Shown here one piece after another: positions 10,731 through 20,239 of a DNA stretch of 64,000 nt. The notes beneath the pieces are model-generated. The model had not been told where the DNA came from, made no database searches, and worked only from the letters and a program-made list of their open reading frames with translations. The stretch is from an uncultured Candidatus Saccharibacteria bacterium (lineage in GTDB: Bacteria > Patescibacteriota > Saccharimonadia > CAILAD01 > JADZBC01). Made by a program: the position numbers and the translations under genes. The stretch is taken from NCBI GenBank assembly GCA_964436255.1, contig CAYTBW010000005.1, positions 6,374 through 70,373 of the forward strand, in the 5' to 3' direction. Position 1 is the stretch's first letter. Every line of letters begins with the position of its first letter.

Positions 10731-11444
10731 ATGAAGCCCCATAAGAATATAGGCCTACACCCAGATAATGCAATCAAGATAGCACTAAAGCTATTCGACA
10801 ATAAGCAAACGGTTGAAGAAAAAATTAAGCTTCTATTAGATACCCGCCCAATTAGTAACTTGGCCTTTGTTGATACACCAAAAGACTTTGCAAGCGGTAA
10901 GACCATTGACATCGATACTGGCGAACTGCTTGGCATCGGTTGTGTCGCAACTTATTACAACTGGATGAGTAGAGAAGCTAACAGTGACAATTCGTATCAA
11001 GCAGTAGTTGGCATAGAGGATGTTGGGAAGAATCAAATCGAAAGCCAGCTTTCTGATGGAGCAATATACCACGACCAAACTAATCAGAAGATACTGGCTC
11101 AGCAGGTGATGACGCAAGGTTATCATCCCGACAAATGGATAACCAGCCAAGATGTAATCGACGCAGTGAAAAAGAAAACAATCATACGCAATAATTATCA
11201 TGAAAACTGCATATTGATTGTTAATGTATTCGGCGACAAAGTTAATGTAGATCGCAAGGAAATCTACGATGTGATAAGTAAGTTGCCTGAAAAGTATACT
11301 GACACTTATATGGTAGTTTATGGCTTGCCATCACTAAGCATGGCTCATGTAAGTTTCATTAGTGAAGCTGATGCCCGTGGCCTAGTTATCAAATTAGAAA
11401 GACACGAGTACGAAGATATTTGGCGTTTTAACAAAGTGAACTAA
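10731..11444 (+). CDS. Hypothetical protein
   Basis: 237-aa ORF, no recognisable domain. Confidence 0.45.
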   Translation: MKPHKNIGLHPDNAIKIALKLFDNKQTVEEKIKLLLDTRPISNLAFVDTPKDFASGKTIDIDTGELLGIGCVATYYNWMSREANSDNSYQAVVGIEDVGKNQIESQLSDGAIYHDQTNQKILAQQVMTQGYHPDKWITSQDVIDAVKKKTIIRNNYHENCILIVNVFGDKVNVDRKEIYDVISKLPEKYTDTYMVVYGLPSLSMAHVSFISEADARGLVIKLERHEYEDIWRFNKVN

Positions 11445-11459
11445 ATTCAGTTATGTGTA

Positions 11460-11718
11460 CCGCTGAATGCTTTGTTAACTCGCTCCGTGGGTGTAGATAC
11501 TACCTGGGTCAAGAAGGGTGAAAGCCCCTTTGTATGATGGGCGGATTGATAATAAAACCACCGGGTACCCTACGGCTTTAATGACACACTAAAGCTAAAA
11601 GGTATGTTTAATGTCCTCCCATGCCGAGGGATAGACTCATGCCTATAATTATACCAGGTTTAGCTTGAGATTGACGCCTGGCTGGACTATAGTAGTACCA
11701 TAAGCTTTTTATCTATAG
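11460..11718 (+). promoter_or_regulatory. Long structured 5' leader upstream of 1002-aa gene (possible cis-regulatory RNA)
   Basis: ~260-bp non-coding stretch with GC-rich helical segments (CCGTGGGTG...ACCCTACGG; GGGTGAAAGCCCC) unlike surrounding AT-rich intergenic DNA. Confidence 0.25.
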
Positions 11719-14700
11719 ATGAATGATATAACTCCACCAAAAAAGACTTTGAGTGAGGTAGTTGCTCAGGCCGACCAGGCCCCTGTTGCTTCTGCCAGCA
11801 ATGTTATGTCAAAACGCCGCCGGTGGCCGAGAGTTTTATTTGGTATAATTGGCCTAGCATTGGTCGTTGGTGGCTATATGGGGTGGCAGACTTGGAATAA
11901 TAGAAACTATCCACCAAAAGGTACGTACGCCATAGTTGCTTCGCAGTCAGAGAGTCAAAAGAATTTCGATGAGATTATGGCTGCATATATAAAGTTCGAC
12001 CAACAAAGTGCTGCTGGGAAAGACATTGACGCCAAGAAGGTTGAGCGCAGGGCCGCAGACGAGGTCGTGTTAAGGCTTGGCCTACAGGAAGAAGCGAGTA
12101 AAAGAAGTAAGCTTAACTGCACTCAGCAAAAAGTCGACGAGATTATGAAGGATCGCTATGTTGCCGCAGGCAGTAGAAGTGATTTTTACAGCCAACTGAA
12201 TGAGCAGTATGGCTGGACGGAGCAGGTAACAATGCACCAAGAATGCCTCGAGTATTACAAAGAACAGTTGAGTGACGAGTTAATATCGGGCCACGAATTA
12301 TTTGGGATATATGTACGCTGGGACATTGCTCTAGGTCAGCCAGATGATGTTAAGGCATCCGTGGAGCGCAAGGCTGTCGCTAAATTGACCAATGATTTCT
12401 TGCCGATGTTTGAGGCAGATAAGTCGGATCAAGATATCTCTGCCAAAGCAGATGTGAACGAGACAACAACTGATGAAGAATTTAATGCCAAGGTAGTGTC
12501 CATTGATGAGCCGCCAACAAGGATCATTAAGCTCGCGCGCTTCAATAGCGAAGTATATAAGACGTTCCAGCAGTACTCAGAAGGGGAGGACGAAACAGGC
12601 TACGTAGACGGTTTGGCGGAAGGCTCTCATACAAAGGTTTTCAAATCCAAAACAGGCTACTATGTGATCTATCGATCTACTAAGAAGTTCACTGGAATCT
12701 ATGAGTCGTATGACCAAATGTTAGGCAAGGTTGTGGAGTCTGCGAAGGTAAGTAAGTCTTACAGCCAGCTCCCACCAGCTGAAAAAACCGAACCAAAGCC
12801 GCAGGAGACAAGCCAAGGTCTATCCTGGGTCTCGAAGCTACTTGGAGGCGCCCTGCGTGCGATTACCCCTAGAGCTGAAGCGGCCACACCAAATAGCATT
12901 ACTTGCTATGGCGATTCGCACAAGCTACCGTTTAGTATAGAATATCGTGATGCAGCCACAAAAAGCATCATCCAGAGTAATACCGGGCAGATTAAGGTTA
13001 CAAGCACTGGTGATATTAGGACCCCGTGTAAGGATGAGCCAGCTGCTGGTACAAATGCCTTTGGAGTCAATATCGCGTACAGCGGCATCAACAACGGTCA
13101 GATCTCTTATACTACAGGGCTACACCCTAACCCTTGGAGCTTTGGCTTAACATGCTATACATCATGGCGTTTTAACTTTGGCGCACCGACTGGCTACGAA
13201 GAGCTTTCGAGTGCTGACTACACGAACAAGAATCGTTTCTACCTTAAGACCGAGTATGCTTCGAGCAACTACGCGGGCTATACCGCATCGAGCATTGCAG
13301 GGCAGTACCAGATTCCACAACAATATTATGCAAACATAGCCAATGGAGCCAAGGGCTTTACGATACGGGTTTACTTTACAAAAAAACCGCCACAGGAAGG
13401 ACCTAAGGGGGAAATAAAGTCATCTTCAAAATATAAAAAGACCAATGGAGAGTATACTACTGGTGACGCGTTTCCTAACGACTCTTTAACGGAAGATCAA
13501 AAGAAGAAGTTCTTTTGTCTGAAGGGACTAAAAGAGTTTACCCCCTCGGTAGATTATTCAACGAGATGCTCTGCAAATATAGTCGGTGGCCTAGCCCAGC
13601 CTAATAAGCTCTGGGGGGGGTCTCAGGCTGCAGATAAACTTGACGTAGGGGTTTATAGCGCAGGCATATACGGCGGCCTTACGGACTATTCGATCGCCAA
13701 GATAGAGGTCACATACCCAGCCCAGTGTCAGTCACATGCCGCCGGCAAGGAGACGTTTAGTTCCGTCGGTGCAGTTAAGGTTCGCGTATGTGAAGGCCAG
13801 ACTCCTACGGTAGTCTTTTACTTTGATCCACCGAGCGCTGCAGCCCGGTTTGGCCCATGGCTTAAGGCTCAAAGGGGCAATGTAATGTCACTTGGCAGCA
13901 TCGTAGGGCAAAGCAAAACCATTAATGGCGGAGCTGGGTCCGGCAATCAAGAGGCCGAATACTTAGTGATGGCTGTTAGCTCTACGAACTTCTGCAGTCC
14001 ATACAATCTTGGCAAAGTAACAGACACAGCTAGCTGTCGATATGATCTCGGCTATGAGTCGAATACTGATTTCGATGCGAATACCGATAAAGTTATTGCC
14101 GGCGTTGAAAAGATCTTTGAAGGAGGTGGGTATACGGGCTCGTGTTCTTCCGCAAGACCATACAAGGTCTTCATGGATATGAAGAGCACATTCCAGGCAA
14201 CTCAATCAAGTACTAATAGTGGCTTCGGGGGTACGCCCGACTGCCCTGTGATAGGCAAGGTAGACGCCACCTCATTTGCGGCCCAGCACTTCTTTACTCA
14301 GGACAGGGCAACTATTTATGTCGATCAGGACTTGACGATTACTGCGAATAATATAGTGCAGTTTAGTGGCGGGGGCTACGCTTCGGTTAATAAGATTCCG
14401 AATGTAGGATTGATCGTGAAGGGGAATGTGACGATAGCACCAGGTGTAACTCAATTGGATATGTCCATCTATGCAAGCGGGAAGATTAAGACATGCTCGA
14501 CTTATCCTTCTAGTGAGTGCAGGAATCAACTTAAAGTAAGGGGAATGCTGGCTGCAGGGAAGGGGTTTGAGTTCGGACGTAATGCGTATGGCTCATCAAC
14601 GCCCGCGGAACTAATAATCGGATCTGGGCTCGTCGAAGCTTTTCCGCCTCCTGGATTCCTTGATCTGTATGGCCAGAACGTGAAAGGGGTCAAGTACCTC

Positions 14701-14727
14701 ACCACCAAAGGGAGCCCACGTTTCTAG
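11719..14727 (+). CDS. Large membrane-anchored extracellular protein, function unknown
   Basis: 1002 aa; single TM near residue 40-58 (VLFGIIGLALVVGGYMGW); Gly/Ser/Thr-rich, beta-rich C-terminal region. Confidence 0.6.
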   Translation: MNDITPPKKTLSEVVAQADQAPVASASNVMSKRRRWPRVLFGIIGLALVVGGYMGWQTWNNRNYPPKGTYAIVASQSESQKNFDEIMAAYIKFDQQSAAGKDIDAKKVERRAADEVVLRLGLQEEASKRSKLNCTQQKVDEIMKDRYVAAGSRSDFYSQLNEQYGWTEQVTMHQECLEYYKEQLSDELISGHELFGIYVRWDIALGQPDDVKASVERKAVAKLTNDFLPMFEADKSDQDISAKADVNETTTDEEFNAKVVSIDEPPTRIIKLARFNSEVYKTFQQYSEGEDETGYVDGLAEGSHTKVFKSKTGYYVIYRSTKKFTGIYESYDQMLGKVVESAKVSKSYSQLPPAEKTEPKPQETSQGLSWVSKLLGGALRAITPRAEAATPNSITCYGDSHKLPFSIEYRDAATKSIIQSNTGQIKVTSTGDIRTPCKDEPAAGTNAFGVNIAYSGINNGQISYTTGLHPNPWSFGLTCYTSWRFNFGAPTGYEELSSADYTNKNRFYLKTEYASSNYAGYTASSIAGQYQIPQQYYANIANGAKGFTIRVYFTKKPPQEGPKGEIKSSSKYKKTNGEYTTGDAFPNDSLTEDQKKKFFCLKGLKEFTPSVDYSTRCSANIVGGLAQPNKLWGGSQAADKLDVGVYSAGIYGGLTDYSIAKIEVTYPAQCQSHAAGKETFSSVGAVKVRVCEGQTPTVVFYFDPPSAAARFGPWLKAQRGNVMSLGSIVGQSKTINGGAGSGNQEAEYLVMAVSSTNFCSPYNLGKVTDTASCRYDLGYESNTDFDANTDKVIAGVEKIFEGGGYTGSCSSARPYKVFMDMKSTFQATQSSTNSGFGGTPDCPVIGKVDATSFAAQHFFTQDRATIYVDQDLTITANNIVQFSGGGYASVNKIPNVGLIVKGNVTIAPGVTQLDMSIYASGKIKTCSTYPSSECRNQLKVRGMLAAGKGFEFGRNAYGSSTPAELIIGSGLVEAFPPPGFLDLYGQNVKGVKYLTTKGSPRF

Positions 14728-14796
14728 CCCAGGCAGTTGTAGGATTATCTAAAAACCACCTGTTGAGTTCATAGTACTTATGCTAATATAAGGTAT

Positions 14797-15837
14797 ATGA
14801 GTTTATTCACTGAAGAAGAGAATTTTTTTGGGCTAGACCTAGGAGCTAGCAGTATTAAGCTGGTTCAGCTCAAGCAGATGCATGGCAAGCCAAGCCTGCT
14901 TACCTATGGCGATATGGAATTATCACCAAACCTGTTGGCTAGCGATTCCCCTGTGGATCAGGATAAGCTGGCTGGTATGATCAAACAGCTAGTGGAAGAC
15001 GCGCGAGTTTCTACCAAGAACGTAGTCGCGGCCCTGCCGTCAAACTTCTCGTATGCCGCGGTAATAACTATGCCTAAACTTGGTCATGATGAGCTGGCGA
15101 ATGCCGTTCGATTCCAGGCAGACAAATACATTCCGATGGCAATTGACCAGGTTAAGCTTGATTGGGCAGTGCTTGGCCCTAAACCAGACAGCGAAGACGA
15201 GCTAGAGGTTTTATTGGTAGCGGCTCCGATTTCATTAGCCAACAAGTACCTGAATGTTATGCAGAAAGCTGGGCTAGAGCTTCTGGCCCTTGAGATCAAC
15301 CCGATCGCGCAGACGCGCTCTCTGCTTCCAACCGAACACGACCCACTAATGATTATTGATTTTGGCTCTGTAGCAACTGACATGGCAATTGTAACGGGTC
15401 AGGCACCACGCCTGATTCGTTCTGCAAATGTTGGTTCGCGAACCATGGTGCGGGTCTTGGCCCAGAACCTTAGTCTGGATGAGGAGCAAGCTGAGCAGTT
15501 CATGCGTAAATTCGGGCTTGTACACACCAAGCTGGACGGCCAGGTGTTTAACGCTCTAAAGCCTGCCGTGGACGGTGTGGTACAAGAGATTACCAAGTCG
15601 ATCAATTACTTTCATGAATCAAACCCAGACTTAAAAGTGTCAAAGCTCATCATTACTGGTGGAACGGCAGCACTTCCGGGCCTGCCCGCATACCTAGCTA
15701 ACACTACTGGGATCACAGTGGAAATCGGCAATCCCTGGAACAATATTAGTTATCCTGCCAACTTAGAATCTAAGCTGACGCCATTGTCGCTTACGTATGG
15801 TAGCGCCATTGGCCTGGCTATGAGGGGGATGGTATAG
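14797..15837 (+). CDS. pilM: Type IV pilus assembly protein PilM
   Basis: 346 aa; actin-like ATPase fold start (FFGLDLGASSIKLVQL); first gene of pilMNO-pilBTC cluster. Confidence 0.85.
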   Translation: MSLFTEEENFFGLDLGASSIKLVQLKQMHGKPSLLTYGDMELSPNLLASDSPVDQDKLAGMIKQLVEDARVSTKNVVAALPSNFSYAAVITMPKLGHDELANAVRFQADKYIPMAIDQVKLDWAVLGPKPDSEDELEVLLVAAPISLANKYLNVMQKAGLELLALEINPIAQTRSLLPTEHDPLMIIDFGSVATDMAIVTGQAPRLIRSANVGSRTMVRVLAQNLSLDEEQAEQFMRKFGLVHTKLDGQVFNALKPAVDGVVQEITKSINYFHESNPDLKVSKLIITGGTAALPGLPAYLANTTGITVEIGNPWNNISYPANLESKLTPLSLTYGSAIGLAMRGMV

Positions 15838-15838
15838 C

Positions 15839-16447
15839 ATGGCTGTGCTAATCAACTTATTGCCAGAGGCCAGACTGGCTAAGCTACGCGATATTAAGCG
15901 CAAGCGATTAGCTACTACCGTTATGATTGTGGTGTGCGTAATTATCCTGACAGTCATTGGCACGCTTTTAGTTCTCATGGCGTACAACGCAACCGTTTCT
16001 GCTGCCAATAAGGGGGAGATTAATACTCTAAATGAAGAGATTGCTAAGTCCAAGGATATGGAGCAGCAGACCGCAACCATCCAGGAGCACTTAGCTTCGT
16101 TCTATTCGCTCAACAGTAGCCGCCTGTACGCTAGCGAGATCTTCAGCAACTTTGGTAATACCATTCCTGCAGAGGTTACAGTGTCGAGCTTTGCATTGGC
16201 GGACGACTATACGGCAACGATTAGCGGTAGCACCTCGAGTATTAAACAAGTTAGTATATTCTCTAACGCCCTTGAGGAATATAACAAGAACTTTAAGATA
16301 CAGGAGAACCTGGATCGCAAGCAGCTCTTTAGTGACGTCAAAATAACTTCGGTTAGCAAGGACAACACAACTTCTAAAGTAACCTTTAGTATGACATTCA
16401 AGGTGGACCCTAGCTTATTCAAAACGAAAGGAGGCAAGAGCTCATGA
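15839..16447 (+). CDS. pilN: Type IV pilus assembly protein PilN
   Basis: 202 aa; INLLPEARLAKLRD + TM, typical PilN N-terminus; coupled to pilM. Confidence 0.7.
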   Translation: MAVLINLLPEARLAKLRDIKRKRLATTVMIVVCVIILTVIGTLLVLMAYNATVSAANKGEINTLNEEIAKSKDMEQQTATIQEHLASFYSLNSSRLYASEIFSNFGNTIPAEVTVSSFALADDYTATISGSTSSIKQVSIFSNALEEYNKNFKIQENLDRKQLFSDVKITSVSKDNTTSKVTFSMTFKVDPSLFKTKGGKSS

Positions 16448-17112
16448 GTCCGCAGCAACAAAGTCCGGCACAAACGCCCAAGCAAGTTGAGCATCCTAAG
16501 ACGCCCGTTTCAATGAATGATAAGCTGGCAGCCAAAAACTTCCTGACTATCATGGGGGTAGTCACGGTCGCCGTGGTTGTAATTGGCGGTTATTTCATCT
16601 ATCAACTTGGCCAAACTTACGTACGTACCGCCAATGAAGTAAAGGCCCAAGACAGGCAGGTCGCCGCGCTTAAGAAGAAACAGACAGATCTGGAGGCACT
16701 GAAGCCGGCTTACAACAGTATTATTCAAAAGCCAGCCGGTGGTATTAGTGATGCCGAGCTTGTATTGCGAGCGGTGCCTGTCAGCGAAGACTACAAGAGC
16801 TTAATCGCATCACTTGAAAAGATCGGGCAAGAGAGTGGCGTTAAAGTTACATCCGTGAGCCAAACTGCTAGCGTTGCGACCACCACAAGCGCCGCTGGCC
16901 AGCCCCAGTCATTCGGCTTCACGGTCAACTTAGAGGGCCCTTACGACAAAATATTCACCTTCCTGCAGAACACCGAGCGATCTGCCAGGGTGATGAACTT
17001 TTCAAACATGACACTATCGGGCAATTCAGGCACAGTAACTGCAAGCTTGAGCATGAAGACGTACTGGCAGTTGCCGGCAGACATTAGTGATAAAACGGAG
17101 CCACTACGATGA
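16444..17112 (+). CDS. pilO: Type IV pilus assembly protein PilO-like
   Basis: 222 aa; N-terminal TM + coiled coil; position after pilN; ATGA overlap. Confidence 0.55.
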   Translation: MSPQQQSPAQTPKQVEHPKTPVSMNDKLAAKNFLTIMGVVTVAVVVIGGYFIYQLGQTYVRTANEVKAQDRQVAALKKKQTDLEALKPAYNSIIQKPAGGISDAELVLRAVPVSEDYKSLIASLEKIGQESGVKVTSVSQTASVATTTSAAGQPQSFGFTVNLEGPYDKIFTFLQNTERSARVMNFSNMTLSGNSGTVTASLSMKTYWQLPADISDKTEPLR

Positions 17113-17348
17113 AAAAACGTGACATCATTACCCTCATTGTTTCGGTTGTAATACTGCTTATTGCTGGTGCGCTGATTTACCGTTACTTTGTCCCGCCTTC
17201 ACAAAACAACGGGGTTCAGGTGGTTGTGCCGCGGCCGGTTCAGACTACATTTGACCAGCAGCAGCTCGATACCCTGAAGAACGACGTAACCGATTTTACC
17301 CCCGACATTACACCAACTGATTCAGCAGCCAAGCCAATAATTCAGTAA
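17109..17348 (+). CDS. Small membrane protein (PilP-like position)
   Basis: 79 aa; TM helix (IITLIVSVVILLIAGALIY); translationally coupled to pilO. Confidence 0.4.
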   Translation: MKKRDIITLIVSVVILLIAGALIYRYFVPPSQNNGVQVVVPRPVQTTFDQQQLDTLKNDVTDFTPDITPTDSAAKPIIQ

Positions 17349-17360
17349 AGGGGCGTAACA

Positions 17361-19157
17361 GTGCTTTCCAGCGACACAGCACAAAAGATAGAGCAGATCA
17401 TCATCGACAATAAGCTTGTCGATGATGGGGTTCTGCGTGTAGCGAAAGAGCAGGCGAACAGTATGGGCAAGACTCTTATTGAAGTACTAGTTGAGCGCAA
17501 GGCAATTACCGATGAGGATAGTACTAAACTTATTGCCCTGACGAGCGGTACGCCGTATGTTGATCTCAAGAGTCGCGAGATTGACCAGAAGGTATTAAAA
17601 CTTTTACCTAGGGACGTTGCTTCAACATATATGGCGGTACCATTTGCCATGAATGGTGCGAAGCTTCAGGTCGCCATGGTCGATCCTTCCAACCTCCAGG
17701 CGGTTGACTTCATAGCACGTAAGACTGGGTACGGCCTAGAAACGTTCATGGCAACCAAGCAGCAAGTAGATGCCGTGCTAGGCAACTACACTGAGGGTCT
17801 AGGCGCAGAGGTTGCCCAGGTGTTGGACAGGGCCGCTACTACTCAGCAAGCTGCTACTGATGCGCAGGCCGAGAAGAAATCGTTTAAAGACTCGGCCAAA
17901 GAAGTTGAGAATCTGGTACAGGATGCGCCGATTACTCGAGCCCTTAACGCGATACTTGAATATGCGATTAACTCCAAGGCATCTGACATTCATATAGAAC
18001 CGCGCGAACAGGACCTAAAGATTCGCTTTAGGATTGACGGCATATTGCAAGACGCTATGACATTACCCAAGACCACTGAGCCCCCTCTAATCTCTCGCAT
18101 CAAGATCTTGTCTAACCTCAAGATTGATGAGCACCGCATTCCACAGGATGGCCAGGCTCAGTACAAGGTTGCTGATCGCGAGGTGGATTTGCGTATCGCT
18201 ATAGCACCTATTACTTACGGCGAGCAGGTGGTGATGCGTATCTTAGACAAGAGTGAATCACTCATGACCCTGGATAGTTTAGGCTTCAGGGGTAGATCCT
18301 TGCGCTTGATCGAGCAGGGGATGAAAAAGCCCCACGGCATGATCCTCTCAACTGGGCCAACGGGCTCGGGTAAGTCCACCACACTGTATGCCGTTATCCA
18401 GGAAATTAAGGACGTATCGATAAACATCGTTACGCTAGAGGACCCGGTAGAGTACAAGATGGATGGAATAAACCAAATCCAGGTAAATAGCGCAGTCGGG
18501 CTGACGTTCGCTTCGGGCTTACGCTCGATCCTACGTCAGGATCCGAACGTAATTATGGTTGGCGAGATTCGTGACCACGAGACTGCAGATTTGGCCGTGC
18601 AGGCCTCCCTGACGGGTCACGTGGTATTATCTACGCTTCACACGAACTCTGCTTCTGGCGTGCTCCCCAGAATGTTGGACATGGATATAGAGCCCTTCTT
18701 GATCGCGTCTACGATCAATACGGTGATTGGACAGCGCTTGGTACGTAAGGTATGCGAGAACTGTAAAAAGCCGGTCGAATCGACCGAAGCGGCCACCCAG
18801 ATGATCAATCGGGCACTAAGCGCAGTGTTGCCGAAGAGCGAGTCTGAGGCGGCTGCTAAGGCTGAAGAATTGGGTTACGACAATTTGCCAATCTATAACG
18901 AAAAAGCTTATACTTTGTATAAGGGGGAGGGCTGCTCTCAGTGTGCCGATGGCTACAAGGGCAGAACTGGTATTTACGAAGTGTTTGAAATGAACACGGC
19001 CATGGAGAAGCTTCTGTTGAGCCATGCGACTACCGCAGACATTCAAAAGCAAGCGCAGGCAGATGGCATGCTGACTATGCAGCAAGACGGTATACTTAAG
19101 GTCCTCATGGGCGTGACAACGATCGAAGAAGTATCGAGGGTAGCAAGTGATTATTAA
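17361..19157 (+). CDS. pilB: Type IV pilus assembly ATPase PilB (GspE family)
   Basis: 598 aa; N-terminal T2SE_N domain, Walker A GPTGSGKSTT, tetracysteine CENCKK...CSQCADGYKGRTG. Confidence 0.92.
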   Translation: MLSSDTAQKIEQIIIDNKLVDDGVLRVAKEQANSMGKTLIEVLVERKAITDEDSTKLIALTSGTPYVDLKSREIDQKVLKLLPRDVASTYMAVPFAMNGAKLQVAMVDPSNLQAVDFIARKTGYGLETFMATKQQVDAVLGNYTEGLGAEVAQVLDRAATTQQAATDAQAEKKSFKDSAKEVENLVQDAPITRALNAILEYAINSKASDIHIEPREQDLKIRFRIDGILQDAMTLPKTTEPPLISRIKILSNLKIDEHRIPQDGQAQYKVADREVDLRIAIAPITYGEQVVMRILDKSESLMTLDSLGFRGRSLRLIEQGMKKPHGMILSTGPTGSGKSTTLYAVIQEIKDVSINIVTLEDPVEYKMDGINQIQVNSAVGLTFASGLRSILRQDPNVIMVGEIRDHETADLAVQASLTGHVVLSTLHTNSASGVLPRMLDMDIEPFLIASTINTVIGQRLVRKVCENCKKPVESTEAATQMINRALSAVLPKSESEAAAKAEELGYDNLPIYNEKAYTLYKGEGCSQCADGYKGRTGIYEVFEMNTAMEKLLLSHATTADIQKQAQADGMLTMQQDGILKVLMGVTTIEEVSRVASDY

Positions 19158-19166
19158 GGAGGGCGG

Positions 19167-20237
19167 ATGGAGTCGACTCAGCTGAGAATCGAACCATTTT
19201 TAGAAGAAGTACTGCGGCGCGATGCGTCTGACTTGCATTTGCAAGTTGGCTTGGCGCCTATGCTTCGTGTTGATGGCGCACTCCAGCCAGTTTCTGGAGG
19301 CAAAGCCCTTAACAGATCAGATGTTGAACTGCTCGCATACTCTTTACTGGACGAAGATCAGAAGAAGATCCTTGTTAAGGATCGCGAATTAGACTTTTCA
19401 TTCGCGTTTGGCAATAAAGCTCGATTTCGTGTAAATGCCTTCCACGAAAAGGGCAATGTAGCCGTTGCCTTGCGTCTTATCCCCACCAAGATTCGCACTC
19501 TAGAAGAGCTGGGCATGCCTCAGATCGTTAGCAAGTTTACCGACTTCCCACGTGGCCTTATGCTTGTTACCGGTCCTACAGGATCTGGAAAGTCTACTAC
19601 GCTGGCGGCTATGGTGGATCAAATTAATACCAACAAGTCTCTTCATATCGTGACGATCGAAGACCCTATAGAGTACGAGCATCATCACAAAAAGTCTATT
19701 GTAGTCCAGCGTGAAGTTCACTTCGACACCAACGGGTTTGCTCCGGCTCTAAGGTCAGCCCTTCGTGAAGACCCGGATGTAGTGCTTATTGGTGAAATGC
19801 GCGACCTCGAAACCATCGCCGCAGCTATTACAATTGCTGAAACCGGTCACCTGGTATTGGCTACGCTACATACCAATAGCGCCGCGCAAACCATTGATCG
19901 CATCATAGACGTATTCCCGCCATACCAGCAGCAGCAGGTGCGCGTACAATTGGCCGGTATATTGCAGGCAATCGTGGCCCAGCGTTTAATCCCAATGGTT
20001 GGTGGCGGCCGAATTGCTGCCGCCGAGATTATGGTGGCGACCTCTGCGGTCCGCAACATTATTCGAGACGCCAAGACACACCAGCTAGACGCGGCTATCC
20101 AGACTGGCGCAGAGTACGGTATGCAGACTATGGACCGTACACTTATTTCGCTCGTACGCTCAGGCAAGATATCGTACGACGAGGCTCGTAACTACGCAGT
20201 CGATCCAGTTGAGCTAGAACGGCTCATGAGGGGCTAG
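19167..20237 (+). CDS. pilT: Twitching motility ATPase PilT
   Basis: 356 aa; Walker A GPTGSGKSTT, PilT-type retraction ATPase length and motifs (no N-terminal extension, no Zn motif). Confidence 0.9.
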   Translation: MESTQLRIEPFLEEVLRRDASDLHLQVGLAPMLRVDGALQPVSGGKALNRSDVELLAYSLLDEDQKKILVKDRELDFSFAFGNKARFRVNAFHEKGNVAVALRLIPTKIRTLEELGMPQIVSKFTDFPRGLMLVTGPTGSGKSTTLAAMVDQINTNKSLHIVTIEDPIEYEHHHKKSIVVQREVHFDTNGFAPALRSALREDPDVVLIGEMRDLETIAAAITIAETGHLVLATLHTNSAAQTIDRIIDVFPPYQQQQVRVQLAGILQAIVAQRLIPMVGGGRIAAAEIMVATSAVRNIIRDAKTHQLDAAIQTGAEYGMQTMDRTLISLVRSGKISYDEARNYAVDPVELERLMRG

Positions 20238-20239
20238 CT

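Larger units (their letters stand above)
5705..11450. mobile_element. AT-rich integrative island (serine recombinase + xis-like + RHH + cargo); right boundary uncertain (may extend to 14727)
   Basis: Recombinase/xis/RHH module at left end; coding DNA 7.3-11.4 kb visibly AT-richer than flanking core genes; no att sites identified. Confidence 0.4.
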
